A stretch of 43,717 bases of DNA from Candidatus Krumholzibacteriia bacterium. Its GTDB lineage: Bacteria; Krumholzibacteriota; Krumholzibacteriia; LZORAL124-64-63. Below the pieces are notes generated by a model that searched no databases, had not been told where the DNA came from, and worked only from the letters and a program-made list of their open reading frames with translations. This document shows, in pieces, positions 8,263 to 17,358 of this stretch (its first letter is position 1; each line of letters opens with the position of its first letter). The translations under genes were made by a program, and so were the position numbers. The stretch covers positions 1 to 43,717 of the forward strand of contig JAWOID010000009.1 of the NCBI GenBank assembly GCA_046484865.1. The letters are read 5' to 3'.

Positions 8263-9737
8263 GTCCCTGGGTCGGCGCGGTCTTGCTGCTGGCCGGCTTC
8301 GTCGTCGTCGCGAGCCGCCTCCGGCTGGGGGCGGCGAGCAGGTCGGCCATCTCCCTGGCGCGGAGTTCCTTGGATACCTTCGGTGCCGCGCTCTCCGACG
8401 ACGAGAAGGAGGCGATCTACCGGCGCTCGGCGATCCGGCTGTTCGGGTTCGCGGTCCGGCTGCTGGCCGGCGGAGCCGCCGCGGTCCTCGGCCCGCTGGC
8501 GATCCTGTGGGGGGCTGACCGCCTGGGCGTCGTCTCGCTCGACGAGGTCCTGGCGGCGGCCATGTCGCCCCTCTTCCTGGCCGTCAGCTTCGCCGCGGTC
8601 GGCGCGGCCATGTGGGCGAGCCGCGGCGGCGCGGAAGTCGGCAGCCTGTACTCCGCCGCTGACCGCGCGCTGTACCGGATCGCGTTCGCCACGCGGCCGG
8701 CGCAGATCGCGCTCGCGGACGTCGAGGATCGTCTGTTGAAGGACGAGTCGGATCGCGGCGGCATCGACCGGCCCGTCTTCATCAGCGGTCTGCCCAGGGC
8801 AGGCACGACCTTGCTGCTCGGAATGCTCGCCGACCTGGATGAGTTCGCTGCCCACAGCTACCGGGACATGCCGTTCGTCCTCACTCCCTATCTCTGGTCG
8901 AGGTTCTCCGGGCGGTTCCACAAGCCGGGAGAGCTTCGTGAACGGGCGCACGGGGACGGCATGCTGATCGACTACGACAGCAGCGAGGCGCTGGAGGAGG
9001 TGATCTGGAAGGTCTTCTGGAAGGCTCACTACGCCAAGGATCGGATCGTGCCGTGGGGGGCCGGGCGAAACGAGGAGTTCGAGGAGTTCTTCCGGAATCA
9101 CCTGCGCAAGATCGTCCGGCTGCGGTCGTCATCGCCCGCGGGCGAGGTGCGCTATGTCTCCAAGAACAACCTGAACATCGCGCGCGTCCGGTATCTCAAG
9201 TCCGTGTTTCCGGCGGCGACGATCGTCGTGCCGTACCGGCGGCCGCTCGACCAGGCCGCATCGATGCTGAGGCAGCATCGCAACTTCCTGGCCGTGCACG
9301 AGAAGGACTCCTTCGCCCGGGAGTACATGCGCGAGATCGGTCACTTCGACTTCGGCCGCCACCTGAAGCCCATCGACCTCGGCGGATGGCTCGAGGACAG
9401 GGAGCACGCGGATTCCGCGACGGTCGGGTACTGGCTGGAGTACTGGGTGGCGGTGTATCGCCACCTGGTGGAGACCAGTGCGGATCTCGTCGATTTCTGC
9501 AGCTACGACGACCTGTGTCTCGCCCCGGCCACGAGCTTGACCGCTCTCGCGCGAACCGTCGGCTGTCGGGCGGACCGACAGCTCACCGCCCGGTCGGCCT
9601 CGCTGCATCCGCCCCACCCTCCCACCGTCGATGACGCCGGAATCCCGCGCAGCTTGCTCGACCTGAGCGAGGAGGTATTCGGCCGCCTGCAGCGACAGTC
9701 GATCAACGGCGGTTCGGCAGCCAGTCCGAGGCGGTGA
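8259..9737 (+). CDS. PAPS-dependent sulfotransferase family protein with N-terminal TM segments
   Basis: 5'-PSB motif PVFISGLPRAGTTLL, plus YVSKNN and PYRRPLDQAAS. About three hydrophobic segments at the N-terminus. GTG start at 8259 is coupled to the upstream stop. Confidence 0.85.
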   Translation: MSPWVGAVLLLAGFVVVASRLRLGAASRSAISLARSSLDTFGAALSDDEKEAIYRRSAIRLFGFAVRLLAGGAAAVLGPLAILWGADRLGVVSLDEVLAAAMSPLFLAVSFAAVGAAMWASRGGAEVGSLYSAADRALYRIAFATRPAQIALADVEDRLLKDESDRGGIDRPVFISGLPRAGTTLLLGMLADLDEFAAHSYRDMPFVLTPYLWSRFSGRFHKPGELRERAHGDGMLIDYDSSEALEEVIWKVFWKAHYAKDRIVPWGAGRNEEFEEFFRNHLRKIVRLRSSSPAGEVRYVSKNNLNIARVRYLKSVFPAATIVVPYRRPLDQAASMLRQHRNFLAVHEKDSFAREYMREIGHFDFGRHLKPIDLGGWLEDREHADSATVGYWLEYWVAVYRHLVETSADLVDFCSYDDLCLAPATSLTALARTVGCRADRQLTARSASLHPPHPPTVDDAGIPRSLLDLSEEVFGRLQRQSINGGSAASPRR

Positions 9738-9779
9738 TCCGGACCCCCCGCCGCGACCTGGCGAGTCGATCCCCTACGA

Positions 9780-9807
9780 AAGGGGCCGCCCCGCCGGGCG
9801 GCCCCTT
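9780..9807. terminator. Hairpin terminator between convergent genes
   Basis: AAGGGGCCGCCC-CGCC-GGGCGGCCCCTT, followed by T residues on both strands. Confidence 0.75.
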
Positions 9808-9848
9808 CGGATTGCGGTCGGGGCCCGGAGGCCCTCAGACCAGGGTGA

Positions 9849-11225
9849 TCAGTCCAGATCCTCGGGGCAGAGCGAGCTCGCCATGTCGCCCCAGACATGG
9901 TTGAAGGGCATTCCGTTCTTGGACAGGGACCAGACCCGGTCCATCCCGTCGAAGACCTCGAGGATCTCGTTCCGCTCCGGATCGGAGACGATGATGGTGG
10001 CCGTGCCCGGCATGAGGGCCACGCCGGTGACGAACTCGGGCGCACCCGGGAACCCCCCCACGACCGTCGCCATGCCGTTGGTCAGGTCGATCGTGTAGAG
10101 ACCGGCGTCCACGGGGGAGTTGGTGATCAGGTACAGCATGCCGTCGTTGCGGAAGGTCATGTCCGCGCCGTGCAGGTCGATACCGGTGTCCCCCAGGAGG
10201 GACAACGCCAGCGTACTGATGTCGACCGTGAAGATCTCCTCGGTGTCCTGGCTGCCCACGTAGATGTACTCGCCCGCAGGATCGATGGTGACCAGCACGA
10301 GACCGGTCGGGAAGCCAGCGATCTCGCCCAGCGGCTCGAAGTAATCGCCCGCCACCGAGTACCGGCCGACCCAGCCGGTATCCTCGGCGATGACGTACAC
10401 CCACGCGCCGTCGGGAGTGGCGCCGATGTGGTTGACGAAGCCGAACCGGTTGTCGCCGGTGAAGTCGACCAGCTCGATCAGGTTGGCCGTGCCGTTGTCG
10501 AACTCCACCCGGTTCAGCGTGACGGGCGAACCGCCGCCGTCGGCCAGGTACACGCCCGGCTCGCAGGGGGTGGGGATGAACGGATCGCAGCCCGGCTCGC
10601 CGCAATCGCCCATGCTGTAGTCGCCCGAGACCACGGCGTGCGCGATCACGTAGACATCGCCGTTCATGTAGGGAATCTCGACCGGGTACTCGTTCAAGCC
10701 CCCCACGTGGTCATTCGTGTAGGTGTACTGGCCCGGAGCCACCGTCCAGTGGCCGTTGCGCAGCATCGGCAGCGGTTCGCTGCCGACGTAGACGTGGACC
10801 TCTTCGAGCAGGTACGAGCCGCAGGTGTAGTACGTGACGTCGACCGAGTCGGCGTCGTACACCACCTCGACGGTACCGACGAGCGTGCCCTTCTCGAGGT
10901 CGCACTGCCCAGCGCCTGCGTAGAGGTCGAAGTAGTAGGTCCCCTCGTCCATCAGGTGGTTGGTCCAGCCCCAGCGCTGGATGTCATAATTGTCGAAGCA
11001 CATGGCCATTTCACAGCCGAAGCCGAAGGCCGTCTCGCTGCCGTACATCTCACCGATGTCCTGGACGTCCCAGCCGGCCTCCCCTTTGGCCAGGCCGGTC
11101 GCCTGATCGATCGGCTCGACCGGACTCTCGTTCGAACAGCCCGCGACCAGCAATCCGCTGGCCATCAGCATCGCGAACAGCCCGAAGGCTACTCGCCAGG
11201 AACCGCGCGTGTTGTCTCTCTGCAT
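9849..11225 (-). CDS. Secreted lipoprotein: N-terminal beta domain plus C-terminal beta-propeller-like repeats
   Basis: GGGAGG RBS before ATG 11225 and lipobox LVAG|C. Repeated blade-like segments (ATPDGAWVYV, TIDPAGEYIYV, TFRNDGMLYL). Confidence 0.75.
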   Translation of the reverse strand: MQRDNTRGSWRVAFGLFAMLMASGLLVAGCSNESPVEPIDQATGLAKGEAGWDVQDIGEMYGSETAFGFGCEMAMCFDNYDIQRWGWTNHLMDEGTYYFDLYAGAGQCDLEKGTLVGTVEVVYDADSVDVTYYTCGSYLLEEVHVYVGSEPLPMLRNGHWTVAPGQYTYTNDHVGGLNEYPVEIPYMNGDVYVIAHAVVSGDYSMGDCGEPGCDPFIPTPCEPGVYLADGGGSPVTLNRVEFDNGTANLIELVDFTGDNRFGFVNHIGATPDGAWVYVIAEDTGWVGRYSVAGDYFEPLGEIAGFPTGLVLVTIDPAGEYIYVGSQDTEEIFTVDISTLALSLLGDTGIDLHGADMTFRNDGMLYLITNSPVDAGLYTIDLTNGMATVVGGFPGAPEFVTGVALMPGTATIIVSDPERNEILEVFDGMDRVWSLSKNGMPFNHVWGDMASSLCPEDLD

Positions 11226-11354
11226 GACTTGTCCCTCCCGGAGTGATGAACAATGCGAATCGTGACTGTCGATGATATGGCAGGTGTCTCCCTCCTTCCC
11301 GCCGCCCCATAGTCTAGTGATTTCCGGTGCGATCGCCACATGCAGGACGTCGCC

Positions 11355-11924
11355 TCACCAGGGGTAGCGGTCCCGATCCTCGCAGAGCGAGAGCGTCGTC
11401 GGGCCGTCCAGCGCGACCCTTCCGCCCGCCGGCACGTCGCCGGGTTGCAGGTAGTTCGCCTCCACGTACACCATGTATTCGCCCGGAGTCAGATCTTCGA
11501 CCCGGTAGTCCAGGTCGTACAGGCACACGCAATCGCAGTCCGCCGCGGTCTCGACCTCGACCACCGTGATCACGCCGCCGGTCACGGTGACCTCGGCCGT
11601 GTACTTCGGACAGCAATTGAAGGCGGTGTTCTCGTGGCGCAGCGCGAGCGTGCCGGCACCGTCGTAGTTCAGGTGCAGGCACTCCTGCCGGGGATCCTCG
11701 ACGGCCGGAAAGATCTTGCACTCGGTGGCGGCGACGAGCTGGCCGCGCAGCGTCGCGGGCGGCGCGGTGACCTCGTCGTCGCTGCAACCGGCGAGCGAGT
11801 GCGTCACGACGATCAGCAGGGCGGCGGCCAGGACGACGAAGAGTCCGGCGGCGACGACGTCGCCCGGGCGGTTCCGGAGATCGGTGGCCGAGACGATGGG
11901 AGGGCGCGAGCGTCCAGTCTCCAT
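11355..11924 (-). CDS. Cys-rich hypothetical lipoprotein
   Basis: GGAGAGAAGG upstream of ATG 11924. Hydrophobic segment then LAG|C; contains AFNCC and CDCVCLYDL. Confidence 0.7.
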   Translation of the reverse strand: METGRSRPPIVSATDLRNRPGDVVAAGLFVVLAAALLIVVTHSLAGCSDDEVTAPPATLRGQLVAATECKIFPAVEDPRQECLHLNYDGAGTLALRHENTAFNCCPKYTAEVTVTGGVITVVEVETAADCDCVCLYDLDYRVEDLTPGEYMVYVEANYLQPGDVPAGGRVALDGPTTLSLCEDRDRYPW

Positions 11925-12036
11925 GGTGAGCCTTCTCTCCAGGGGTGAGACCACGGTTGATGATAACGGATGTTCGAAATGAGGGCAAGCGTGGGTGGAA
12001 TCCCGCGGCCGAACCAGGTCATGTTTGCTTGACTTA

Positions 12037-12056
12037 ATGTAAAATATACTTGACAT
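12037..12056. promoter_or_regulatory. Palindromic operator, likely bound by the adjacent XRE regulator
   Basis: ATGTAAAATATACTTGACAT is 16/20 self-complementary and lies in an AT-rich patch 30 nt upstream of the XRE ATG. Confidence 0.6.
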
Positions 12057-12085
12057 TGCGAGCTGCAGGCCCGAGGATCGATCCC

Positions 12086-12298
12086 ATGAGAGACGACGTC
12101 CAGACCGCGGTACGCAGGCTCCGCTTCGATCATGGCGAGATGACGCAGGAGGCCCTCGCCTCCCGGGTCGGCGTGAGCCGGCAGACGATCATCGCCATCG
12201 AGAAGGGCAAGTACAACCCTTCCATCGGGCTGGCGCTCCGTATCGCGAGGGTGTTCGGCGTCCCGGTCGAGCAGGTCTTCTTCCTGAACGGCGAATAG
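12086..12298 (+). CDS. XRE/Cro-CI family helix-turn-helix regulator
   Basis: MTQEALASRVGVSRQTIIAIEKGKYNPSIGLALRIARVFGVPVEQVF. Confidence 0.93.
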   Translation: MRDDVQTAVRRLRFDHGEMTQEALASRVGVSRQTIIAIEKGKYNPSIGLALRIARVFGVPVEQVFFLNGE

Positions 12299-12351
12299 GG
12301 GCCGCAGGAAGCATGCGCGTCTGCGACGGGGACGCGAAGGAGGCAGGCAAG

Positions 12352-13032
12352 ATGTTCAAGCGCGATGCTCTCTTCTGGTGGGCCTCCGGGATATTCCTGG
12401 CCGCCCTTCTGCTCGGCGCATTCGTCAGCGAGGAATTCCTGCTCCTGCTGGTCGCGGCGAACCTGCTGCGGCCCACGGTCAACGCGCTCGGACTGGCCGG
12501 GAAGTCGGCGGACGAGCGGCAGCTCCAGATCCAGTTCCACGCCGGCAATCTGGCTCTCACCGTCCTGATCGTGGCCGTTGCGCTCTTCGCGCTGCGCGCC
12601 GAACGGGTCGGGGCGCCTGCGGACGACTTCTATGCTCTGCTCGCCGTGGGGCTGGCCACCAAGGCTCTGGTCGGCCTGGTCATGATCGGCGACTACCGCT
12701 CCGCCGGGGTGCGGATCGCGGTCACGATCGGCGCGCTGGTGCTCCTCTTCTCCCTCTTCGACGCCTGGAACGATGGTCCGCTCGAGATCCTGCTGCACGC
12801 GAGCCCGGGGCTGATCGTCGTCGCCATCGGCCTGCTCGGTCGTCGCTTGCCTCGCGTGAGCGCGGCGCTGCTCGCGGTGTTCGCCGTGGTCGTGATCGTC
12901 TACGGCGCGGGGCGTTTCACCATGCCCGGCTTCGTGATCGCCTTCATCGTCGGAGCGCCGCTTTTGGCGGCGGCCTTCTGCTTCGGCATCGGCGGTGCCG
13001 ACCGGAAGCTGGCCGGGCCGGACAGGATCTAG
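12352..13032 (+). CDS. Multi-pass membrane protein (DER-motif type often paired with XRE regulators)
   Basis: AAGGAGG RBS, about seven hydrophobic segments and an ADERQ motif. Confidence 0.8.
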   Translation: MFKRDALFWWASGIFLAALLLGAFVSEEFLLLLVAANLLRPTVNALGLAGKSADERQLQIQFHAGNLALTVLIVAVALFALRAERVGAPADDFYALLAVGLATKALVGLVMIGDYRSAGVRIAVTIGALVLLFSLFDAWNDGPLEILLHASPGLIVVAIGLLGRRLPRVSAALLAVFAVVVIVYGAGRFTMPGFVIAFIVGAPLLAAAFCFGIGGADRKLAGPDRI

Positions 13033-13214
13033 CCCGGATGATTCATGAGCGGCCTGCTGCGTCTGGTCAAATGCCCGCCAGAACACGCCTTCTCGGATCG
13101 GCTCGGTCAACGTACCGCATCGGGTACGCCTCCCTCGCCAATCCTTGCGAGGTCGTGTTCTGGCGGGCATTTTCCTCATCCTCGCTACGGCCGCTCATGA
13201 ATCATCCGGGCTAG
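13029..13214. mobile_element. 186-bp non-coding MITE-like long hairpin element bounded by CTAG
   Basis: Perfect 26-bp terminal inverted repeats (13029-13054 and 13189-13214, CTAGCCCGGATGATTCATGAGCGGCC). A second perfect 19-bp inverted pair lies inside (13069-13087 and 13154-13172). Confidence 0.8.
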
Positions 13215-13444
13215 GTCGCCGTCGCTCGCCATCGACGACGGAATGATCTGGTCGATGGCGACGAAACGATGATGACGCAACGTGGGCACCGCCGTTCGGC
13301 CGTGCCCTGTGTTGCGCTTTGTCGACCCTCGATCATATTGACCTTCGTCGTGCATCGAGTGGCCGGCGCGGTAAGAAAGCCAGGCGTGCCGGATCCCGGC
13401 GTTCGGCTGGACCTCCGGCTGAACCAAGCGAAAGCGAGCAGGAC

Positions 13445-13882
13445 ATGATGAATTTCACGGGATCGGTGAAGGGCCGGACGTTCGCATCGACCGCTGCCGC
13501 CGTCTTCGCCATCGGCGCGGTCGTGTTCGCATTCGCCGCCGGCGCATCGGCGGCCGAGCCGCCCGATGAGCCGCAGCGGCACGTGGCCGGCACGAACGAG
13601 ATCCAGTCCGCGATCGATCAGCGGCTCGATCAGGCCGAGGCCGATCGCCAGGTGATCCAGGACCTGTTGCAGCGCGAGGATGTCCGCGCCCTCGCCGCCA
13701 ATGCCGGCCTCGACATCGAGCGGGCCAGCGCCGCCGCCGCGACCCTGTCAGGATCCTCTCTCGAGTCGCTGGCAGCGCAGGCCAGAGCCGTCGATACCGA
13801 CGTCGCCGGCGGCGACAACCGGGTCATCATTTCCACGACCGGGATCATCATCATCCTGCTGGTCCTCATCTTGTTGCTCTGA
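13445..13882 (+). CDS. PA2779-like secreted protein with double-glycine motif and hydrophobic C-terminal peptide
   Basis: Sec signal (...AAGASA), helical body (LLQREDVRALA...GLD...ASAAAATLSGSSLESLA), then VAGG|DNRVIISTTGIIIILLVLILLL. Confidence 0.8.
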   Translation: MMNFTGSVKGRTFASTAAAVFAIGAVVFAFAAGASAAEPPDEPQRHVAGTNEIQSAIDQRLDQAEADRQVIQDLLQREDVRALAANAGLDIERASAAAATLSGSSLESLAAQARAVDTDVAGGDNRVIISTTGIIIILLVLILLL

Positions 13883-13891
13883 GCCGGGTAG

Positions 13892-15973
13892 ATGGTGAGC
13901 CCGAGGGCCGCGATCGGAATCTGGGCGGCGCTGGCCGTGCTCGGCTGGGCCGCTGCGACGGCGGCCGGTCCGTCGCCGCCCGGGCCGGACGCTCCGGAGC
14001 AGGTGTCGCTTCTCGACGTCCCGTACGTTCCACAGAGCGGGAGTCTGTGCGGTGGGGCGGCGCTCGCCATGGTTCTGCGCTACTGGGGGGAGACCGGCGT
14101 CCTGGCCGAGGATTTCGCCTCCCTCGTGGAAGCCGATCAGGACGGTATACGGACCCGTGCCCTCGTCGACGCGGTCGCCGGCCGCGGATGGACGGCTCTT
14201 ATCCTGCCGGCCGCAACGGCCGCTGTCGCCGGCCATGTGCACGAGGGCCGGCCGGTCATCGCCCTCTTGCAGGTGGGCGCAGACTCCTACCACTACGTCG
14301 TGCTCGTGGCCTGGGCCGGCGGCCGGGTGATCCTCCACGACCCGAACGTGGGGCCGTTCCGGGCCGTGCGTGAAGCGGCGTTCGAGGCAGCCTGGTCCGG
14401 CAGCGGCAACTGGGCGCTCCTGGTCCTGCCCCCGCAGGAGTCCGGCGCCTGGCGCGTCCCGGATCACGTGGTCACCGCCGCCGACACGTCCGCCGTTCCC
14501 GACGCCTGCAGCGCCCTCGTCGAGCGAGGGATCCTCCTGGCCGCACAGCAGGATACCGCCGGAGCGGAGCACGAGTTGCTCGCCGCCCAGGCGCTGTGTC
14601 CCGCATCAGCAGTTCCCCTGCGGGAACGCGCGGGACTGCGCTTCAACGCCGGCGACTGGGCGGGTGCGACCCGGTTGGCGGAGCGCGCTCTGGCGCTCGA
14701 TCCCGACGATGCCCACGCCTGGCGGCTTCTGGCCGGCAGCCGCTTCCTGGCCGACGACGTGCAAGGCGCGCTCCACGCGTGGAATCACCTGTCCGAGCCC
14801 CGGAACGACCTGACGCGCGTCGATGGCCTGGCGCGCACCCGCTACTCCGCCGTGGCCACCCAGCTCGATCTGCCCCCGGGCCGGTTGCTCACGCCCGGAG
14901 CCTTCCGCCGGGCCGGACGACGCCTGGCCGAGTTGCCGGCCCAGACGGGTTTCCGCCTCGGGCTAAGGCCCCTGCCGGACGGCGTGGCGCAGGTGGACGC
15001 GAAGCTGCTGGAGCGCCCCCTCGTGGCGGCCGGTCGGTGGGACATCGTCAGGGCGGGCACGAGGGCGCTCGTCGCGCGCGAGGTCGGCATCGACGTGGCC
15101 AGCCCCACCGGCAACGGCGAACTGTGGACGGGAAGGTGGAGGTGGTGGCAGGACCGACCGCGCCTGTCGCTGACGCTGGCGGTGCCGGCCGCCGGCGGCC
15201 GGCCGGGGATCTGGACCGTGGACGGCTCCTGGGAACGGCAGACCTACGTGGTCCGCGCCCGCTCCGGTGCGAGCGGCGCGTCGGCCGGAGAATCGATCCG
15301 GGAGGAACGCCGGCGCACCGCTCTCTCCTTCGCCGACTGGTTCGGACCCGACCTGCGCCTCGCGCTCGGCGCGGCGTTCGACGCGTGGGACAGGCAGGGC
15401 GCCCATCTCGCCCTGGAGGGGAGCGTGGAGACGCGATGGCTGCGCGACCGCCTGGCGGCGTCCGTGGCGGTGGCGAGGTGGACGAGCCTGGACGGTGGCG
15501 TTCCGTTCGCGGCCGGCGGCGTGTCGTTCGGGTGGGGTTCGGGCGGGCTGACGGGAGGCGACGGGTGGCGGGGCCGCGCCGGGCTCTCCAGCGCGACCGC
15601 GGACGCCCCCCTGGCCCTCTGGTCCGGAGCGGGCACGGGCTACGGCCGGGCCCCTCTCCTGCGAGCCCACCCGCTGCTGGACGGGGGCGTCATCGAGGGC
15701 CGGGTCTTCGGACGCACCCTCGCTCATGCCACGATCGAGAGGCAGGTCTGGCCCTGGCGACACGGTCCCGTGCAGTTCGGCTGGGCGGTCTTCGTCGACG
15801 GCGCCCGGCCGTGGCATACCGGGCGGGCAGAGCGGGTCCCGTGGCAGGTGGACGGCGGGCTGGGCCTGCGGTTGCGGAGCGTGGGCCTGAAGGGACAGCT
15901 GCGCATCGACGTGGCCCACGGGTTCACCGACGGTCACCGGGCCGGATCGGTCGCCTGGGAGTCGGCCTGGTGA
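13892..15973 (+). CDS. C39-like cysteine peptidase fused to TPR and a probable POTRA/Omp85-like outer-membrane beta-barrel
   Basis: C39 motifs LDVPYVPQSGSLCGGAALAMVL, HYVVLV and LHDP. TPR segment (ALALDPDDAHAWRLLA). Amphipathic strands ending FVDGARPW...DGGLGLRL...LRIDVAHG...AW. Confidence 0.8.
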   Translation: MVSPRAAIGIWAALAVLGWAAATAAGPSPPGPDAPEQVSLLDVPYVPQSGSLCGGAALAMVLRYWGETGVLAEDFASLVEADQDGIRTRALVDAVAGRGWTALILPAATAAVAGHVHEGRPVIALLQVGADSYHYVVLVAWAGGRVILHDPNVGPFRAVREAAFEAAWSGSGNWALLVLPPQESGAWRVPDHVVTAADTSAVPDACSALVERGILLAAQQDTAGAEHELLAAQALCPASAVPLRERAGLRFNAGDWAGATRLAERALALDPDDAHAWRLLAGSRFLADDVQGALHAWNHLSEPRNDLTRVDGLARTRYSAVATQLDLPPGRLLTPGAFRRAGRRLAELPAQTGFRLGLRPLPDGVAQVDAKLLERPLVAAGRWDIVRAGTRALVAREVGIDVASPTGNGELWTGRWRWWQDRPRLSLTLAVPAAGGRPGIWTVDGSWERQTYVVRARSGASGASAGESIREERRRTALSFADWFGPDLRLALGAAFDAWDRQGAHLALEGSVETRWLRDRLAASVAVARWTSLDGGVPFAAGGVSFGWGSGGLTGGDGWRGRAGLSSATADAPLALWSGAGTGYGRAPLLRAHPLLDGGVIEGRVFGRTLAHATIERQVWPWRHGPVQFGWAVFVDGARPWHTGRAERVPWQVDGGLGLRLRSVGLKGQLRIDVAHGFTDGHRAGSVAWESAW

Positions 15974-16022
15974 GCGGCACAGGAACGTCGACGATCGCAT
16001 CGATGCAAGCGACAAGGCCGAG

Positions 16023-17318
16023 TTGCTGCCGATGAGCGGCGGGTGCTATGCTGGCGACGTGACCCCTCTCGCCGGATCCCGCATTTCGCGCCCCCACGCG
16101 CGCGCGCCGCACCTGCTGCTGCGTGTGGTCGTCGCGTGCACGGCCGTGGGGTTTGCCGCCGTCGCTGTCGCAGCCGGCGCCCCCGACGAGTCGTCCCTCG
16201 ACATCGGCGGAGGCGATCTGCGGACCCTCATGCTCTGGGTTCTGCTGGCCCTGGTCTTCTCCTTCCTCTGCTCGATCTCCGAGGCCGTGCTGCTGAGCAT
16301 CACCCCGGTGTATATCGAGCGGCTCGGTGCCGACCGCCCGCGCCTCGCCCAGCGTCTCTACCGGTTGAAGGTCGAGAACGTGGACCGCTCCCTGGCCGCG
16401 ATCCTCACCCTCAACACCATCGCCCACACCGTGGGTGCCATCGGGGCCGGGGCCGAGGCGGTCGCCCTCTTCGGAAGCGCTTTCTTCGGCGCCTTCACGG
16501 CCGCGATGACACTGGCGATCCTCTTCCTCTCCGAGATCGTGCCCAAGACCGTGGGCGCGGTCTACTGGCGGTCGCTGGCGGCGCCCACGGCGTGGTTCGT
16601 CCAGGCTCTGATCTGGATCATGTATCCGCTGATCCGTCTCTCCGAACTCCTCACGCGCTGGATCGGCCACGGGAGGCCGGTGCATGCCTTCAGCCGCGCA
16701 GAGTTCGCCGCCATGGCCAGTCTCGGCCAGCGCGCCGGCAAGCTGCGCAAGGAAGAGTTCCAGATCGTCCAGAACCTGCTCCTGCTCGACACCTTGACCG
16801 TCGGCGACATCATGACGCCGCGTCCGGTCGTGGAGGCGCTCTCCGAGGACCTCACGATTTCCCAGGCTGCGGACCTGATTGGCCGGCTGCCGTTCTCGCG
16901 GCTTCCCGTCTACCACGGGAGTATCGACCACATCACCGGATTCGTGCTCAAGGACGACATCCTCCTGCAGCAGGCCAGCGGCAACGGCGACGCCCCGCTG
17001 CGGGATCATCGGCGGGAGATCCCCACCGTGCTCGAGTCCATGCGGCTCCCGCGGTTGCTGGAGGTTCTGCTCGAGCGTCGCCGGTCGCACATCGCGGTGG
17101 TGATCGACGAGTACGGCGGCACCGAGGGGATCGTGACCATGGAGGACGCCGTCGAAACGCTGCTCGGAATGGAGATCGTGGACGAGCTGGACCAGAACGT
17201 CGACATGCAGGCCTTGGCCCGCGAACGCTGGCGCCTGCGGGCCACGCAGATGGGCCTGGACGTGGATGAAGCCATGACGAGACGGGACCCGAGGCCTCCC
17301 GGGAACTCCCGTTCGTGA
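16023..17318 (+). CDS. CNNM/DUF21 plus CBS-pair (HlyC/CorC-like) membrane protein
   Basis: Motifs FSFLCSISEAVLLS, AILTLNTIAHTVGA, SEIVPKT, IMTPR, FSRLPVY and VIDEYGGTEGIVTMED. Start is uncertain and could be as late as ATG 16230. Confidence 0.9.
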   Translation: MLPMSGGCYAGDVTPLAGSRISRPHARAPHLLLRVVVACTAVGFAAVAVAAGAPDESSLDIGGGDLRTLMLWVLLALVFSFLCSISEAVLLSITPVYIERLGADRPRLAQRLYRLKVENVDRSLAAILTLNTIAHTVGAIGAGAEAVALFGSAFFGAFTAAMTLAILFLSEIVPKTVGAVYWRSLAAPTAWFVQALIWIMYPLIRLSELLTRWIGHGRPVHAFSRAEFAAMASLGQRAGKLRKEEFQIVQNLLLLDTLTVGDIMTPRPVVEALSEDLTISQAADLIGRLPFSRLPVYHGSIDHITGFVLKDDILLQQASGNGDAPLRDHRREIPTVLESMRLPRLLEVLLERRRSHIAVVIDEYGGTEGIVTMEDAVETLLGMEIVDELDQNVDMQALARERWRLRATQMGLDVDEAMTRRDPRPPGNSRS

Positions 17319-17358
17319 CCGTGACCTTGGGCATCAACGGCACGCGTATCACTTCACG

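Noticed and set aside
13029..13214. Possible integron attC site, tRNA or CRISPR repeat
   Set aside because: No RYYYAAC/GTTRRRY ends, cloverleaf or spacers; better described as MITE-like.
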